64,000 nucleotides of DNA from assembly GCF_006345805.1 (NCBI RefSeq), contig NW_021833423.1, positions 1 through 64,000 of the forward strand. Direction: 5' to 3'. Numbering within the stretch: position 1 is the stretch's first letter; each line of letters begins with the position of its first letter. Source of the DNA: Octopus sinensis. Its lineage: Eukaryota. The notes below the pieces were generated by a model that was not told the DNA's origin, did no database searches, and saw nothing but the letters and a program-made list of their open reading frames with translations. A program made the position numbers and the translations under genes. This document shows positions 1 through 13,690 of the stretch, in pieces.

Positions 1-199
1 TTCCACATACACAAGCAATCACATGCACACACTACGCACACTACAAACACACACATAGAGTCATCTATCTGTACGTATCTAACCATTTACGTTTCTGTGA
101 ATACGCATATTAATATAGGCTGAGTAGATATATAGGTATATTACAAACATATTTTAAGAAAAACTGAATAATATTTCTACAAAATATCTCTCTTGAGGC

Positions 200-480
200 T
201 CCATATCTATATTGTTCTGGCATGTTCACAAAACTATTTTTTTTCTTTTTCTTGTGCAATATATCCTGAACATTTCGACAGTTCATCTCTGATATATAAC
301 ATGTTTATCTAAATTGGCCTGAAGTTATTCAACATGGCTCCTAAATCTATCACAATTCTTGCAAATCGGAATGTATTCAAATTTTAATTTGGTAAGTACT
401 CTCTCATGAAATTCCAAATAAACTACAAGCAATTCCTAAGAATTTGAAACAGATGACTCAATGCTTGAATGGCTGAAGCT
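200..480 (+). mobile_element. Highly decayed CR1/L2-group LINE 3' fragment
   Basis: From 316 reads GLKLFNMAPKSITILANRNVFKF*, resembling the GPxLFNxLP...FK C-terminal motif of CR1-group ORF2; similar to 63390-63880. Confidence 0.35.
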
Positions 481-552
481 GCTTAAATTTTACTTAACTG
501 TTTAAGAAACCTAGCTTGATCTACCATCGCAAGCAAAATATCATACACGACA

Positions 553-622
553 ATATATATAAATTTATATATGTGTTATATATATGTGTGTGTATGCGTG
601 TGTGCGTGTATTTATATATATA

Positions 623-653
<31 letters not shown>

Positions 654-790
654 GATAGTATATATATATAGTAATGTATGTATATATATACATACATACA
701 TATATATATATATAAATATACAATTTTATATATATTATATATGTGTGTGTGTGTGACTGTTTGTACACCCACACATACACAAACACATAC
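553..790. repeat. (TA)n/(TG)n/(CA)n compound microsatellite
   Basis: Directly visible. Confidence 0.95.
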
Positions 791-794
791 TATT

Positions 795-1196
795 TATCTA
801 TCCGCTCAGTCGAAGTCGACTCTCGGATTACTCGATGGATCAGTATTCTCCAGCCAGTTCTACCCTGGGTCGCTTCTTTCAGATTGGCTATAGCCATTCC
901 CGTGTCACTCTTGATGGTGTCATGCCAGCGGGTTCTTGATCGGCCTCTTCATCTCTTTCCACTTACCATTTCAAGCATGATGTCCTTCTCCAGGGATTTT
1001 CTCCGCATAATATGACCAAAATATGCCAATCTATGCTTGGTAATCCTAGCTTTTAGTGACAGTTTCGGCTTGATCTGGTTAAGAACTTCTCCATTGTTGA
1101 GCATCGCTGTCCATGGAATTCGTAAAAGTCTTCTCCAACACCAAAGCTCGAATGCATTAATTCTCTCCTGGCCAGCTTTCTGGTCAGCTTTCATAC
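795..1196 (-). mobile_element. RTE-clade LINE 3' fragment
   Basis: ORF 949-1194 RINAFELWCWRRLLRIPWTA...RLAYFGHIMRR..LEKDIM..VSGKR is the characteristic RTE/BovB C-terminus; continues after a frameshift (RGRSRTRW). Confidence 0.9.
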
Positions 1197-1199
1197 TAG

Positions 1200-1330
1200 G
1201 TTGAGTGAAAAGTTTTTTCGTATTTCAAGGTGGTAAACTGATGGTGCAAAATCTGGATTATAGGCACGGTGGGGCAGTACGTTCAGCCCCTCAAGTTCCT
1301 GTGCTTGGCCACATTGGTAGTGTGTGCGGT
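1200..1330 (-). mobile_element. mariner transposase fragment
   Basis: VLPHRAYNPDFAPSVYHL is a degenerate HPPYSPDLAPSDYHL motif. Confidence 0.7.
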
Positions 1331-1601
1331 GATACATTTTCCTCACATATATACGCAAACTATATTCAAATCCAGCTTGTCCATTTATATTCTGCATCCC
1401 AAACGTTGATGTATTCATATGAAATAACCCCTCGGCTTATTGATGTAGACATGTAATTCCACACGAATTGCCCAAACACAAGCACCAAACTTCCAACAAT
1501 ACTTCCGTGCTGTCTTCTGTTTTTGCTCTGTTTTTTTTTTAGTGTTCTATTCTTTTCCTACCATTGGGTTTAAAGATAGATCAGCTCTCTTGAAAGCAGA
1601 A

Positions 1602-1602
1602 C

Positions 1603-1661
<59 letters not shown>

Positions 1662-1683
1662 ATAGTAAGTAGTAGTAGTAGTA

Positions 1684-1714
<31 letters not shown>

Positions 1715-1724
1715 TGTGGTGGTG

Positions 1725-1782
<58 letters not shown>

Positions 1783-1894
1783 CAGTAGTAGTAGTAGTAG
1801 ATAATGAGGCGGAGAGAAGAAGAAGAAGAAGAAGAAGAAAAGAGAGAAGAAGAAGAAGAAGAAGAAGAAGAGAAGAAGAAGAAGAAGAAGAAGA
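1602..1894. repeat. (TAG)n/(GTG)n followed by (GAA)n trinucleotide repeats
   Basis: Directly visible. Confidence 0.95.
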
Positions 1895-2149
1895 AATGCT
1901 GTAACAGCGCGTCACTCCATCTACCATTTGTTGGCGATTCCTTACAACACCCGGCGGATGATGCCTCTGCACCACTCAGGCGACTACCTTCCAGACCCAT
2001 GGGTCTATTTGGGTAGTCGTTGCTGACTAAGGTTTGCAAAGTCGGAGTGAAAATCCTGTCCCAACCACTTTTAGTTCCCTTTCACGATGCACAAAAGAAA
2101 CGTTGAGTCTATAGTTAGACATGCCCGTACTTACACGACTCTAAGGCAA

Positions 2150-2263
2150 CGTTAAATGAAGTGTCTTGCTCAAGAAAATAACACGTCACTCGGTCTGGGA
2201 ATCGAGCCCACGATCTGACGATCGTAAGTGCAAATCCTTAGCCTGTAGGCTATGCGCCTTCAC
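2150..2263 (-). mobile_element. tRNA-derived SINE head
   Basis: Minus strand has an A-box-like segment and B-box-like GCTCGATTCC followed by ...TCTTGAGCAAGACAC, as in 60010-60331. Confidence 0.6.
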
Positions 2264-2325
2264 AGACATAAATTTTGAGGATTCAAGGTGTAACAATCTC
2301 GTCATTCCAGCAGATAAAGTATATA

Positions 2326-3215
2326 CGAAGGGTTACCCAAAAGAAATCAGAATTTTGCAATATAATTTTATTCACTTGGTTTTAGATATTTACATTTCCT
2401 CGCCTTCAAAGTATTATTCATTTGAAGTAGAATATCGATCCAGATGCGTTTTCACTGTTCGAAGCAGTCCTGGAATTCTTCAGAAGTGAAACATTTTAAT
2501 GCCTCCGTGGTTTTTTTCTTCACCACTTCCACATCTGCAAATTACGTAACACTAGTGATGATCTTCGAATAAGGGTCCGGATCAAATTCCGACTCTTCTT
2601 TCAGTTCACGACACGCATTCAATCGTGACTGCTTTTGATCTTCCGGGAGCAAGCGAGGCACAAATTTTGCTGCAACTCTTTTCATTTGCGATTCCTCGCA
2701 CAAAATTCGTTGACAGGAGCTCCAGGGCACACCACTCATATCAACAAGTTCGGGAAATGTTTGGCGATGGTCCTTCAAGATCAATTTATGAATTTTCGTG
2801 ATGCTTTCATTCGTTTGGGAGGTGACGATTGCCCTGAAAGAGGTTGATCTTCAAGCGACACGGGACTATTCCTAAAGCGTGAAAACCACTCGTAAACTTG
2901 TGTTTTGCTCATGGTAGTGTCCTTGTAACATGTTTAAAGCATGACAAGTCCTTCAGCCGTTGTCTTTCTCAGCAGAAAACAGAATTTCACGGAAGCACGC
3001 TGTTCCTTCGTTTCAGCCATTGCAAAAATCGTCGAACAGGGAAAAAGCACTGCAAAACGAAGACGCCCCACGTGGCAGTACGATCTCAGCTAATGACATC
3101 GGTTGGCATACTGATGACTGAGGGTTACATCAAGTGGCTTCTAGCGGTGGAAACCCGAACTATAACGGACTTATTCCAAAGAGGACATTTCCGCTTACTT
3201 TTGGGTACCCCCTCG
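2326..3215 (-). mobile_element. Internally deleted mariner element with both TIRs
   Basis: TA|CGAAGGGTTACCCAAAAG at left, CTTTTGGGTACCCCCTCG|TA at right (TA TSD); ORF 2542-2784 KRVAAKFVPRLL.EDQKQSRL..C is a mariner transposase segment. Confidence 0.9.
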
Positions 3216-3469
3216 TATAGATCAACCACATATATAAAAAACTTTTATTTTTTTTAGAAGCGTAGAATGTGTATCGTATTCTTGTATATGTGTGTATATA
3301 TATGTGGCTGTGCGCGCGTGTGTGTGTGTATTCTTGTTTCAGTGATTGGACTACGGCCTTGGAGAGTTTAGTCGAAACGCCAGACCATAGTACTTATATT
3401 TTTAAAGTCCGTGCTTATTTTATTTTTCTCTTTTCGTCGCAACATTAAGTTACGGGGATGTAAACATGC

Positions 3470-3501
<32 letters not shown>

Positions 3502-3509
3502 CATTATAC

Positions 3510-3540
<31 letters not shown>

Positions 3541-3611
3541 TGTATGTATGTATGTATGTATGTATGTATGTATATAGAAATATAACACGTCGCCCCGTCC
3601 GGGAATCGAGC

Positions 3612-4235
3612 GTGAGGCATTTACGCGTAGTAATGCCCTTACTATAAATAAAAATATATTTAAAGGGAATAATTATATATTCATCCCTTATGAGCTTTTT
3701 CACGCTAACTACTTGATAAATTCTTACAACGATTCCATCCTATTTTTAAATTTCAAATTTAACCGGAATATATTAAGTGCTGAATTATTCTGAATATACA
3801 CGTGTACCGAGATGCAATTCCAAAATCCCGCCTCTTATATAGATATATAAGAATGAACATCTCTATGTACTATGCTGGATACATTTGGTGTTCCTCTGGT
3901 ATGTTGATTTTTTTCTTCATTTTTATGTGTCTTGATTATGCCCGAACTGACGATTAGAAGGTGTATTTTGTACACTAACTATGAAATTATATATGATTTG
4001 CGGCTGAATCTGTTTTTAAGAGTTCGCTTCAAGAGTTGCATTCCGTCGCGTTCGGTACACTGTATTTATTATGGTAGTTTTGAGTTTAAGAGTCCCTCAT
4101 AGGGTGAGGCATTTACGCCCTTAATATAAATAGATATATTTAAAGGGGAATAATTATGAATCTTTCCCTTATGAGCTTTTTCCCGCTGACTTCTTGATAA
4201 ATTCTTACAAAGATTTTATACTATTTTTAAAAATT
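3612..4235. repeat. Direct repeat pair (~135 bp; 3612-3752 and 4104-4235), unclassified element
   Basis: GTGAGGCATTTACGC...CCCTTATGAGCTTTTTC...TTGATAAATTCTTACAA...TATTTTTAAA present twice, period 492 bp. Confidence 0.8.
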
Positions 4236-4255
4236 ATATATATATATATATATAT

Positions 4256-4680
4256 GCACAGGTCCCAGCGTTCTTGCCACTTTTGGAAGACGGCATGGAA
4301 GCTGTCTTCCGTAAGAAAGTCGAGGACCTTCAGCGATTCACTCTGGATATCAAGAACGGTGTTATAACGGCAACCTTCTTTGAGCCGCATTTTAATCTTC
4401 GGGAGGAGATGGAAGTCCGCAGGTGCTAAATCTGACGAACAGGTTTCACACAAAATTTAAAGTTGGATCTTTGTTCCTGTCCATGACAAAATCACGGACT
4501 GCAACGTATATATGATCACAAAAATACAAATTTTACAACTTGCGAAGTAAACACAGCGATGTCACTCGGCACACTGCCCCATGAAGGTCACTGCTAGCTC
4601 TCATTCCGCACGCAACTGTGTGCTGCCGTGTTTTAATGCGCTACAGAACCAGTCCGGGAAATGTTTGATACCACCTCGTA
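4256..4680 (-). mobile_element. mariner relic with one TIR
   Basis: ORF 4205-4453 SSDLAPADFHLLPKIK...FQKWQERWDLCI; terminus CCAGTCCGGGAAATGTTTGATACCACCTCG|TA. Confidence 0.85.
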
Positions 4681-4782
4681 TATGTGCGTGTGAGCGCGCG
4701 CGCGTGCGCCTCTGTATTTATATGTATGTGTGTATGTATGTATGTATGTATGCATGTACGTATGTATTTATGTAGGTATGCA

Positions 4783-4915
4783 TACGACAGGCCTCTTTCA
4801 GTTTCCGGTTACCAAATCCACTCACAAGATTTGGGCTGGCCCGGAGCTAAAAAAAGAGAACTTTAGTTGCCCATGATGTCACGCTGCGTGACTTACTCCA
4901 GATCCAAGTTGTTGG
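4783..4915 (-). mobile_element. SINE family A, partial
   Basis: TACGAC...CTTTCAGTTTCCG..ACCAAATCCACTCACAAG shared with full copies. Confidence 0.75.
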
Positions 4916-4919
4916 TACA

Positions 4920-6900
4920 GTGGTTATTCAGAATCCGGTTTCTAAGGAGGCTTTAATAACTGTTATGATTAGTAAGAGTAATCTCATCAGAGATAATTTT
5001 TAAATCTGAGCTACAAAATTCAATATACTTTTATGTCAGTTTAAGCTGCAGGAGGGAAACAAAATCAAAAGAAAAAGAGAGAAATTCATAAAAGAAAAGA
5101 AGAAAATAATTAAATTCATGTTCTGTAAATAGTTGTTGGAAATTTAGCCATTATAAATCACATTTAGTAGTATAGATAACATCACAACATACTTTACTCA
5201 GCAAAGCAGTGTTATCGAGTAACAGATCCTAAATTATCGTATGTTTAGTATGGTATTAAACATAAAGGAGATGGGTTGCCCACACTTAGGTGTATTACGA
5301 TACATACACGCACGTTTTAGCAAAGAACACTGAATAGAGCAATTTCATTTGTTGATGCTTGTACAAACATATACCGCTGTAATTAGGTAAATGCATATAT
5401 TACTTTTTTTTTACTTTTTCCTTGAATCTTATGGGAGTGAATTGAATTTTGTAGCTCATATTTTAAAAGATACCTCCTATGGGATGTTTCATAAGAATGA
5501 CAGATAATACAAGAATTATTGAAATAGCAGTAGGGATGAAATTTTGAAATATCACTGATATTGTAGCTTGCTCCGTTCACGCGTTATAACCTATTTTATG
5601 ATAAATGCAACAAAGTACACTGGTAAGGCAGGCATTTTATAAGTGACTTTAGGAGTTTTGCATACTAAATTATACAGCATCTGTGTGATTATAGTCTAGC
5701 GAAAGCAGGGTTTCCTAGCACGCGCATTTCATGTATACCTCTGATTTTGTATATAATTACAGCTCTTGATTCTCTGGGCTTTTAAGGTTTTTTTTTCCGT
5801 TCATAATCTTGCATTTTGGTAACCTTTAGATATTTTAATGATAAATTCATTTAATGCTGTATTCTGAAGCAGTTTTAATTTCTAGATTAGTAGCTTACCA
5901 GAAGCTGACTTTAGTCTTCCTTTTTTGCTGTTTCTAAAGTTTTAGAGTTGTTGGCTAAAATTTGTTTTCGCCATTCCTATACATCTTTTCCATGCCACTC
6001 CTTGATTTTGCTTTACAGAAGTGGCTTTTCCTCATAAATTACGGTTTCTCAGTTGCACGTTTTGTGCAGAGGGCGTTTACCTGCATTTCTGCATGAATAT
6101 GGAGTTTCAGCTATGTTGTCAGGTGAATATGCTATTACATTTTGTTATTCTTTTGTTTCACTCTTCTTTCAGATTGATCCGTTTTAAATGTTTTCTATGA
6201 TAGGACTGGGATTTTCTATAAGTCTTTTTGCCATAACAGATATCACATTTAATGAATATGGGTGCGTAATATATAATTGTAGGTCCCTTTCTTTCGTTTG
6301 TTCAAAGTCTAAGATGCTTATTTCTCTTTGAATTCAGTAGCTAATACGAGCGTTTTTATTGTAGGGAAAGTCTTATCGAATATTTCAGGAAAGACTGGAA
6401 ATCTGTTCATAAATATTTTTGATGAAGTTCTGAAAACATTCCTTAATTCATCTAAAGTTTAACCATTATTGCCTTCTTATTTCTGTTCCCTTATCTCTAT
6501 AAACGCCAAAGTCTATTGTTGCAAATTTCTTAAGTAAGTACATCTAAGTTGTATAGTTCGATAAACATTCCATATATCATAGAGTACGATCCTGTAGTTA
6601 CGTCAATATAATCTGTTGGTGTGATATTTTACTTAGGCAGTGCTGTTATATAGCATGTATAATTCTTTCTATAATGAAATAAGTTATTGTATGTTAGTTT
6701 TTAGGAAATATTATGTCATACGTAGTAGATTTTTTAACATGAAAATCAATGTCGAATTGAGTAAATCTACATCGTTGAACCAGCTAATGATATCCTTGGT
6801 GTTATTATCGAAACGTTAAGCAAGGCTTTTGTTATGGAATTCTCTCTTTGAAAACATTTAGCTTTTCGCTCGCGCTGATATGCTGATTTGGTCAAACGAA
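4920..6900 (-). mobile_element. Decayed Penelope-like retroelement (Neptune-type RT + GIY-YIG pseudogene)
   Basis: Colinear minus-strand motifs: NTKDIISWFN (6774-6803), DVTTGSY (6583-6604), FGVYRDKG (6483-6512; degenerate YRDDG), IIYYAP..SLNV, SCRNAGKRPLHKTCN*ETVIYE (CxC..CPL..C..VY linker), IGMAKTNFSQQL (GIY-YIG), SEVYMKC; decayed HHR at the 3' end. Confidence 0.75.
4952..4995 (-). ncRNA. Decayed minimal hammerhead ribozyme at PLE 3' end
   Basis: CUGAUGA-GAUUA/cucuuac/UAAUC-(AUAAC instead of GAAAC)-AGUU. Confidence 0.5.
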
Positions 6901-6972
6901 AGTTATGCAATGCGACTTTAGCTATCTAGTTTCACGCAATGACGGATCTCGGAAACACGTGAAGCAAACTTC

Positions 6973-6990
6973 CTATATATGTATATATAA

Positions 6991-7073
<83 letters not shown>

Positions 7074-7379
7074 ACAAAGAGAGATATCTATATACATATA
7101 TACATATACTCACACACACACACATGGATCCATACATGCATACATAGAAGCATTATGCACATAGAGAGAAAAAGAAGAGGGAAAGAGTGAAAACGGCTAC
7201 ATTGACGTTAAGGTCTATATATAGGTACTTATGCGTGAAATTATGCATCTGGGCGCGTGTGCATACCTAAACTGTGTCTGCTTATGCATGTACGTAAGGA
7301 TACACATAAATATACATGCATATATATGTATGTACATGTATATGTAATATATATATATATATATATATAGATATATATA

Positions 7380-7418
<39 letters not shown>

Positions 7419-7510
7419 TATTAACATGTGTTGCTTATGAGCGTATAAACACACGCACACACAATTACGCGCACACACACACAAACACACAGATTCACAC
7501 ACACACACGT
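6973..7510. repeat. (GA)n/(TA)n/(CA)n microsatellite cluster
   Basis: Directly visible. Confidence 0.9.
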
Positions 7511-8109
7511 GCACATGTTAATTTCTTTATACCGATGAGGCGGGTGTTTGTGGAAGAATATGAAGGGTTTGCGTTGAAGAGATGGCGAGCGTGGGGCGAG
7601 TGCTGGTATTTGCAAGATGTATATGATGACAATATGTGTAAAGAAGTTTATGAGGACAGAGTCTCTGACCTTATCTTTAAAAAAATATATACTTACCCTC
7701 TTCCCTAGAAAAATGATGGTGTAATATGTATTTCTTTTAGCATAGTCTAGGGACCATAAATTGACGTGAAAAAAACTGAAGCTACTTTCTTTCCATCCTC
7801 CATATTTACTGCTTTTGTGATGTATATATACAGCTATGGTCACATGACTTACCGTGTTTGTAGGAAGAATGAGGGAAGAAATATGGAAGAAGGAAGGCAT
7901 CGCAGAGGAAGTGATGTTTTAGTAAAGACAAAAAGAAAAACACATTTCACTGAGTTTATTGGGAAAAAAATCTTCAGTCGTACATTACGATATGTTTATC
8001 TTCCATAATATGACATCGGTGAAATATAGTATTGTATAAGCAGGATTGCTGAATTGGTTACTAGTTACGATATGTGGGTAAAATGACTGGCTGTTTCCAC
8101 AGATTGATT

Positions 8110-8310
8110 GAATCGTCAGAAGGTCGTATAAAATACATTGCAATATTTATTCCGACTTTTTACTCTTTGGTTGCAAAGGCCATCGAGGTCAATTCTACAA
8201 TTAAATCCCATCGGGATCAATATAATACGATACCAGTCAAGTAACGATGGCCAATGTAATTCACCGGTCTTCTCTACTAAATTTCTTGTGTCTATGCTAG
8301 AAATTATTAT
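8110..8310 (-). mobile_element. SINE family B, degenerate
   Basis: Similarity to family B consensus (TCGGGGTCGAT..AAGTACCAGT). Confidence 0.55.
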
Positions 8311-8404
8311 TCCAATGAGTATTACAGATTCAAGACGACGTTTATACATATAGAGGCACAATACATACATATCTATATGAGGTGTTGTGCGGGAATTTTG
8401 TCAT

Positions 8405-9140
8405 TTATAACAGTGGCAGGAGGGAACCTATTTGGACTCGAAGATTCCTGGGGAATAGCTGCAGACATCATTGAGAAGCGCAACAACTACCCAGAGTTCA
8501 TCACCAAAAATATCTTGAGATCAGACATCGTCTTATAGTCTGAACAAGATGCCAAAGAGATTCTCATTGAATTGTCAGTACCATACGAGAGCTGCATCAA
8601 AGAGCAGTACATATTTAAGAAGAGCAAATATGGTGAGCTGGCAAAGCAGCTAGAGAGCGAGGGTTACCATTGTACTATGAAACCAATTGAAGTTGGATCA
8701 CGAGGATTTGTGACCGCTTGCCGGTACTCAAACCGTCGGGTATCGAAGACTGCAGAACTTCCACAACCAAACACTTGTCTGATGTTGCTGGAAAGAGTTC
8801 AGTATCGATATGGGCAAAGAGAAATGATCAATGGACCAGTGGTTATTAATAGGAACTATAAGGAAAAAGAGAACTGGTTCCTTCGGTTGTCAGTGTGGCT
8901 TAGTGGTCTGAAACACAGACCTGGGAACACAAGATCACTAAAAGAATGAACCAGGTTCGAATTCCGCTGGAGATAGGATTTTGGTTTTGGAAAGCAGCAG
9001 AGTGACAAATATGAGTCATGACCTGAGTTGGCCCGGCTCCCGTAGGGTGTCAGGTATAAGGACCGAAACACTTGTCGTATGGGATTTCTTCCTCTAAGTT
9101 CTTCCTCTGAAGATCCTGCTGTGCGCCCGCGTAGCAGCGA
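8405..9140 (+). mobile_element. RLE-type non-LTR retrotransposon 3' fragment (HERO/R2-group)
   Basis: LRSDIVL*SE....LIELSVPYE....KKSKY.EL...L...G......IEVGSRGFV is a PD-(D/E)xK restriction-like endonuclease domain; followed by a structured 3' UTR. Confidence 0.8.
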
Positions 9141-9284
9141 GTTTCTGGTATTTAATGTCGGTGGATGTCTAGAGCCGGCTCTGCAGCCATGGTAGAAGAG
9201 GTCGAAACGCCTACAGAGCTACTACACCGCCTTGTGAGGCATCACCTCCTGCATTTGGAGACGGTGTGCAATAGAACCATCAAG

Positions 9285-9331
9285 CGAAGTTGGGGGTACA
9301 AACACAGACATACAAATACATGCACACACAC

Positions 9332-9413
<82 letters not shown>

Positions 9414-9577
9414 TATATAAGATGGGCTTCTTTCAGTTTCCGTCACCAAGTCCACTCTCAAGGCTTTGGTCGGCCCGAAGTTATAGCAGAAGACACTTGC
9501 CCAAGGTGCCACGCAATGGGAATGAAACCGGAACCATGTGGATCGTAAGCAAGCTACTTACCACACAGCCACTCCTA
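9285..9577 (-). mobile_element. SINE family A, 5' half
   Basis: Head on minus strand: AGGAGTGGCTGTGTGGTAAG...GGTTTCATTCCC. Confidence 0.85.
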
Positions 9578-10159
9578 ATCCTATACGGTAAAAACATTTT
9601 ATTTTCTTGTCTTTCGTCAGTGTTGCTTCTTATTTGTTTCTCACTAGAAATCAAAGGAAATGACTACTATTCCTTTCAAACTTTGCTTTTGTAACCTGAA
9701 CCTCAATATTTTGAAACTGACCTATCTTCTGTTACATTAGATAGACTCACCGCTGAGTTGCTGAAGCAGAAATATCGTTATAGCAAATATTCTGCTTTAT
9801 ACCACAGATTTGCTTGTCATTTGCTTCAGCCAACCACTTGAGCATGCACCTTATTGACTGACAACATGTGCATCTCTGATCATGAACGGAAGTAGTGCGG
9901 GGGCGCCATAACAGATGCTAACCAAGGACAAAAATCATGTTACAGAGCGTTATACAGTTATAAGCAACAACAGACATTCATTGTGAAAACACTCAGTATT
10001 TTTCGTGAAATTTAAGGGAAATAACTAAAGCTAATCAGTGGCTACAACATAAAGAATGGATTCAGGTGGCGATGTGCTGATTGACGCTCGTAAAAGATTC
10101 CTCAGTGAACTGCAATATGATAAAAACAAACTAGTTTTATAACTTATAGGAATACTTTT

Positions 10160-10925
<766 letters not shown>

Positions 10926-11269
10926 CTTATACTCGTATTTTCCTGAATTAAACAAGCTAACAAATTGTATGGTTCTCTGATATGGTGTTGCTATCGAAAC
11001 AACTTCATAATTCTTTTTCACCTAGTCTGCTAACAAAATTCAAATTTTGGTCCCTAACTCTAGAATGAGATTTTCTGTGAAATTATTTCTGTTCTTGTTT
11101 ATCTCCAACACTCAGTATTTTGTAGCCGTCAACAACTGACGGTAGGAATTTGTTTATTTCCCCCAGCTAAAGGGTAAATTTCAGGTTATTGAGACTTTTT
11201 GTATACATCATTCAGTACATTAGATCATCACCTACAAGAAATGAAATTGGTCCTGAGTTAAACACACAC

Positions 11270-11872
11270 ACCCACACATGTTTGTAAGTATATACCTATA
11301 TTTATATATGTGTGTGTGTGTGTGCGAGCGTGCGTGTGTGTGCATATATATAAGTCGCAATAAGGGTGTACTGGGTACATAGTTGGGGTGAGAAGGGGGA
11401 AAGAGAGGGAAGCGAAGGAAGTATAATATATGTACATAGATACATATGAATATGTGATATATGTGCTATATGCGTATATATGCATATATGATATATATAT
11501 ATATATTATATATATATACTACGTATATGTTTGTGTATATATGTGTATATATATATGTATATTTATAAACGTGTATATATATATATATATATGCGTGTGT
11601 GTGTGTATGTATGTATATGAAGAGAGAGAGTGCAAGAGAAGGAAAGGTAGACAAATACATAGACAGTCTGAATAAGATTAATTGATTTATTGCCAGATGG
11701 TTAAAAAGAAAAACGAACATACCTGATAGACTTACATGTTAGTGCAAATATATTTATAAAATGGAACAAATTTTAAACTACCATAAAATAGCTATGGGAT
11801 GAGGAAAACCTACATTAGTCAAGGATATGACCTTCACTTATCGTGGATAGATAGATAGATAGATAGATAGAT

Positions 11873-11928
<56 letters not shown>

Positions 11929-12207
11929 ACGAATAGACAAACAGACGGAGAGATATATAAAGAGAGAGAGAGAGAGAGAGAAACGGGGAGAGAGAATGAG
12001 GGATAGATGGATGGATGGATGGAGGGATGGATGGACGGTCACTTAATAGACAGATACAGACAGACTGACATGCAGACAGACAGATAGATAGATAGATAAA
12101 TAAATAGACAGATATATTGACAGAGAGGGAGAGAGAAAAGGGGGAGAGAGATGAAGAAATGGATGGATGGATGAACGCTCACTTAACAGACAGACACAGA
12201 CAGACAA

Positions 12208-12258
<51 letters not shown>

Positions 12259-12763
12259 CATACATACATACATACATACATACATACATACGTACGTACA
12301 TACATACATACATACATACATGCATACATACATGCATACATATATACATACGTATATACATACATACGTAAAAATGAGAGAGAGAGAGAGAGGGGGGGGA
12401 AGACAGATGCATGGATGGATGGATCGATGGATGGACAGCCACTTAGACAGACAGACAGACAGACGGATGGACGGGTCGATGACTCGATGGATGGATGAAT
12501 GGAGGGATAGACAGACACTTAATAGAGAGATAAGATAGATAGATAGATAGATACATACATACATACATACATACACATACATACATACCTATATACATAC
12601 ATAGACGGATGGATCGATAGATGGATACACAAACACTTAATAGACATAGCGGCAGACAGACTGACAGACATACGGACGGACGGACGGATGGATGGGTGGG
12701 TGGATGGATGGAGAGACAGATACTTCATAGACAGACAGGCAGACAGGCGAACGGACGCACCGG

Positions 12764-12815
<52 letters not shown>

Positions 12816-12824
12816 CAGATAGAC

Positions 12825-12899
<75 letters not shown>

Positions 12900-13440
12900 C
12901 AGACATATGCAAAAGTAGGTAGATGTAGGTAGGGATATAAATGAAAGATGAAAATTGTCGAATAAAAACGGTAAACGTGTATCGGTGACAACTATACAAA
13001 GACAGAAAATCAAGAACTATTGGGCTATGATAATGAGTTACAGAACGAGGAGAAGAAAGCGAAAATGAATGAGGAAAAGAAGTTGAAATTGGGAAGTGAA
13101 AGAGGAAATTATAAGCAAACTATCATGGATAGAACCCCAGGAGAATGAATTTGGATGTACGTGTGTGCGTTTGTGTGCGCGTGTGTGTGTATACATGTAT
13201 ATTATATATATATATATGTATGTAACATATATATATATGTATTAGCTATATATGTCTATGTATATATATAATTTACATTACATATGAATACTTATATATG
13301 TGTGTATGTATGTGTGTATGTTATATATATATATATTACATACACACATATATATCCACATATGTATGTATGTATGTATGTAGTATGTATGTATGTATGT
13401 ATGTAGGTATGTAGGTATGTACGTATGTATGTATAAATGT
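11270..13440. repeat. Large (GATA)n/(GACA)n/(GATG)n/(CATA)n/(TA)n simple-repeat field
   Basis: Directly visible. Confidence 0.95.
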
Positions 13441-13617
13441 AGAAAACTATTTTTACTTGATGGCATATTCAGACATTTTTCGTTTAAAATACGTACAATA
13501 AAAATAAAATACGACATAGAAACGAATTTAGATCCGAAAAACGGAGGTTACGGGGTTCAAATTTCTCAGGAGTTCTGAATAACTCTAATTACTTGGAGTA
13601 ACAAAGAAATGACTTAC

Positions 13618-13690
13618 ACGAAAATTTCGAAAAAAAGAAACCGCACATGCGTCTATGAAGTGTAGGGCCTGTGGTTCTAATAAGCGCCAT
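13618..13690 (-). CDS. Candidate first coding exon of a host gene (possible mitochondrial presequence)
   Basis: AAAATGGCG start context, reads MALIRTTGPTLHRRMCGFFFSKFS then GTAAGT donor at 13617-13612; unique sequence; no downstream exon identified. Confidence 0.3.

Noticed and set aside
5020-5100. Strong minus-strand splice-acceptor-like tract at 5046 (another at 11232) as a possible exon 2 for the 13.6-kb candidate exon
   Set aside because: All three frames hit stops within a few codons; the 5046 site lies in the PLE relic
7421-7900. 159-aa minus ORF with two GTAAGT donor-like sites (about 7696 and 7852)
   Set aside because: No recognisable protein and no suitable acceptor
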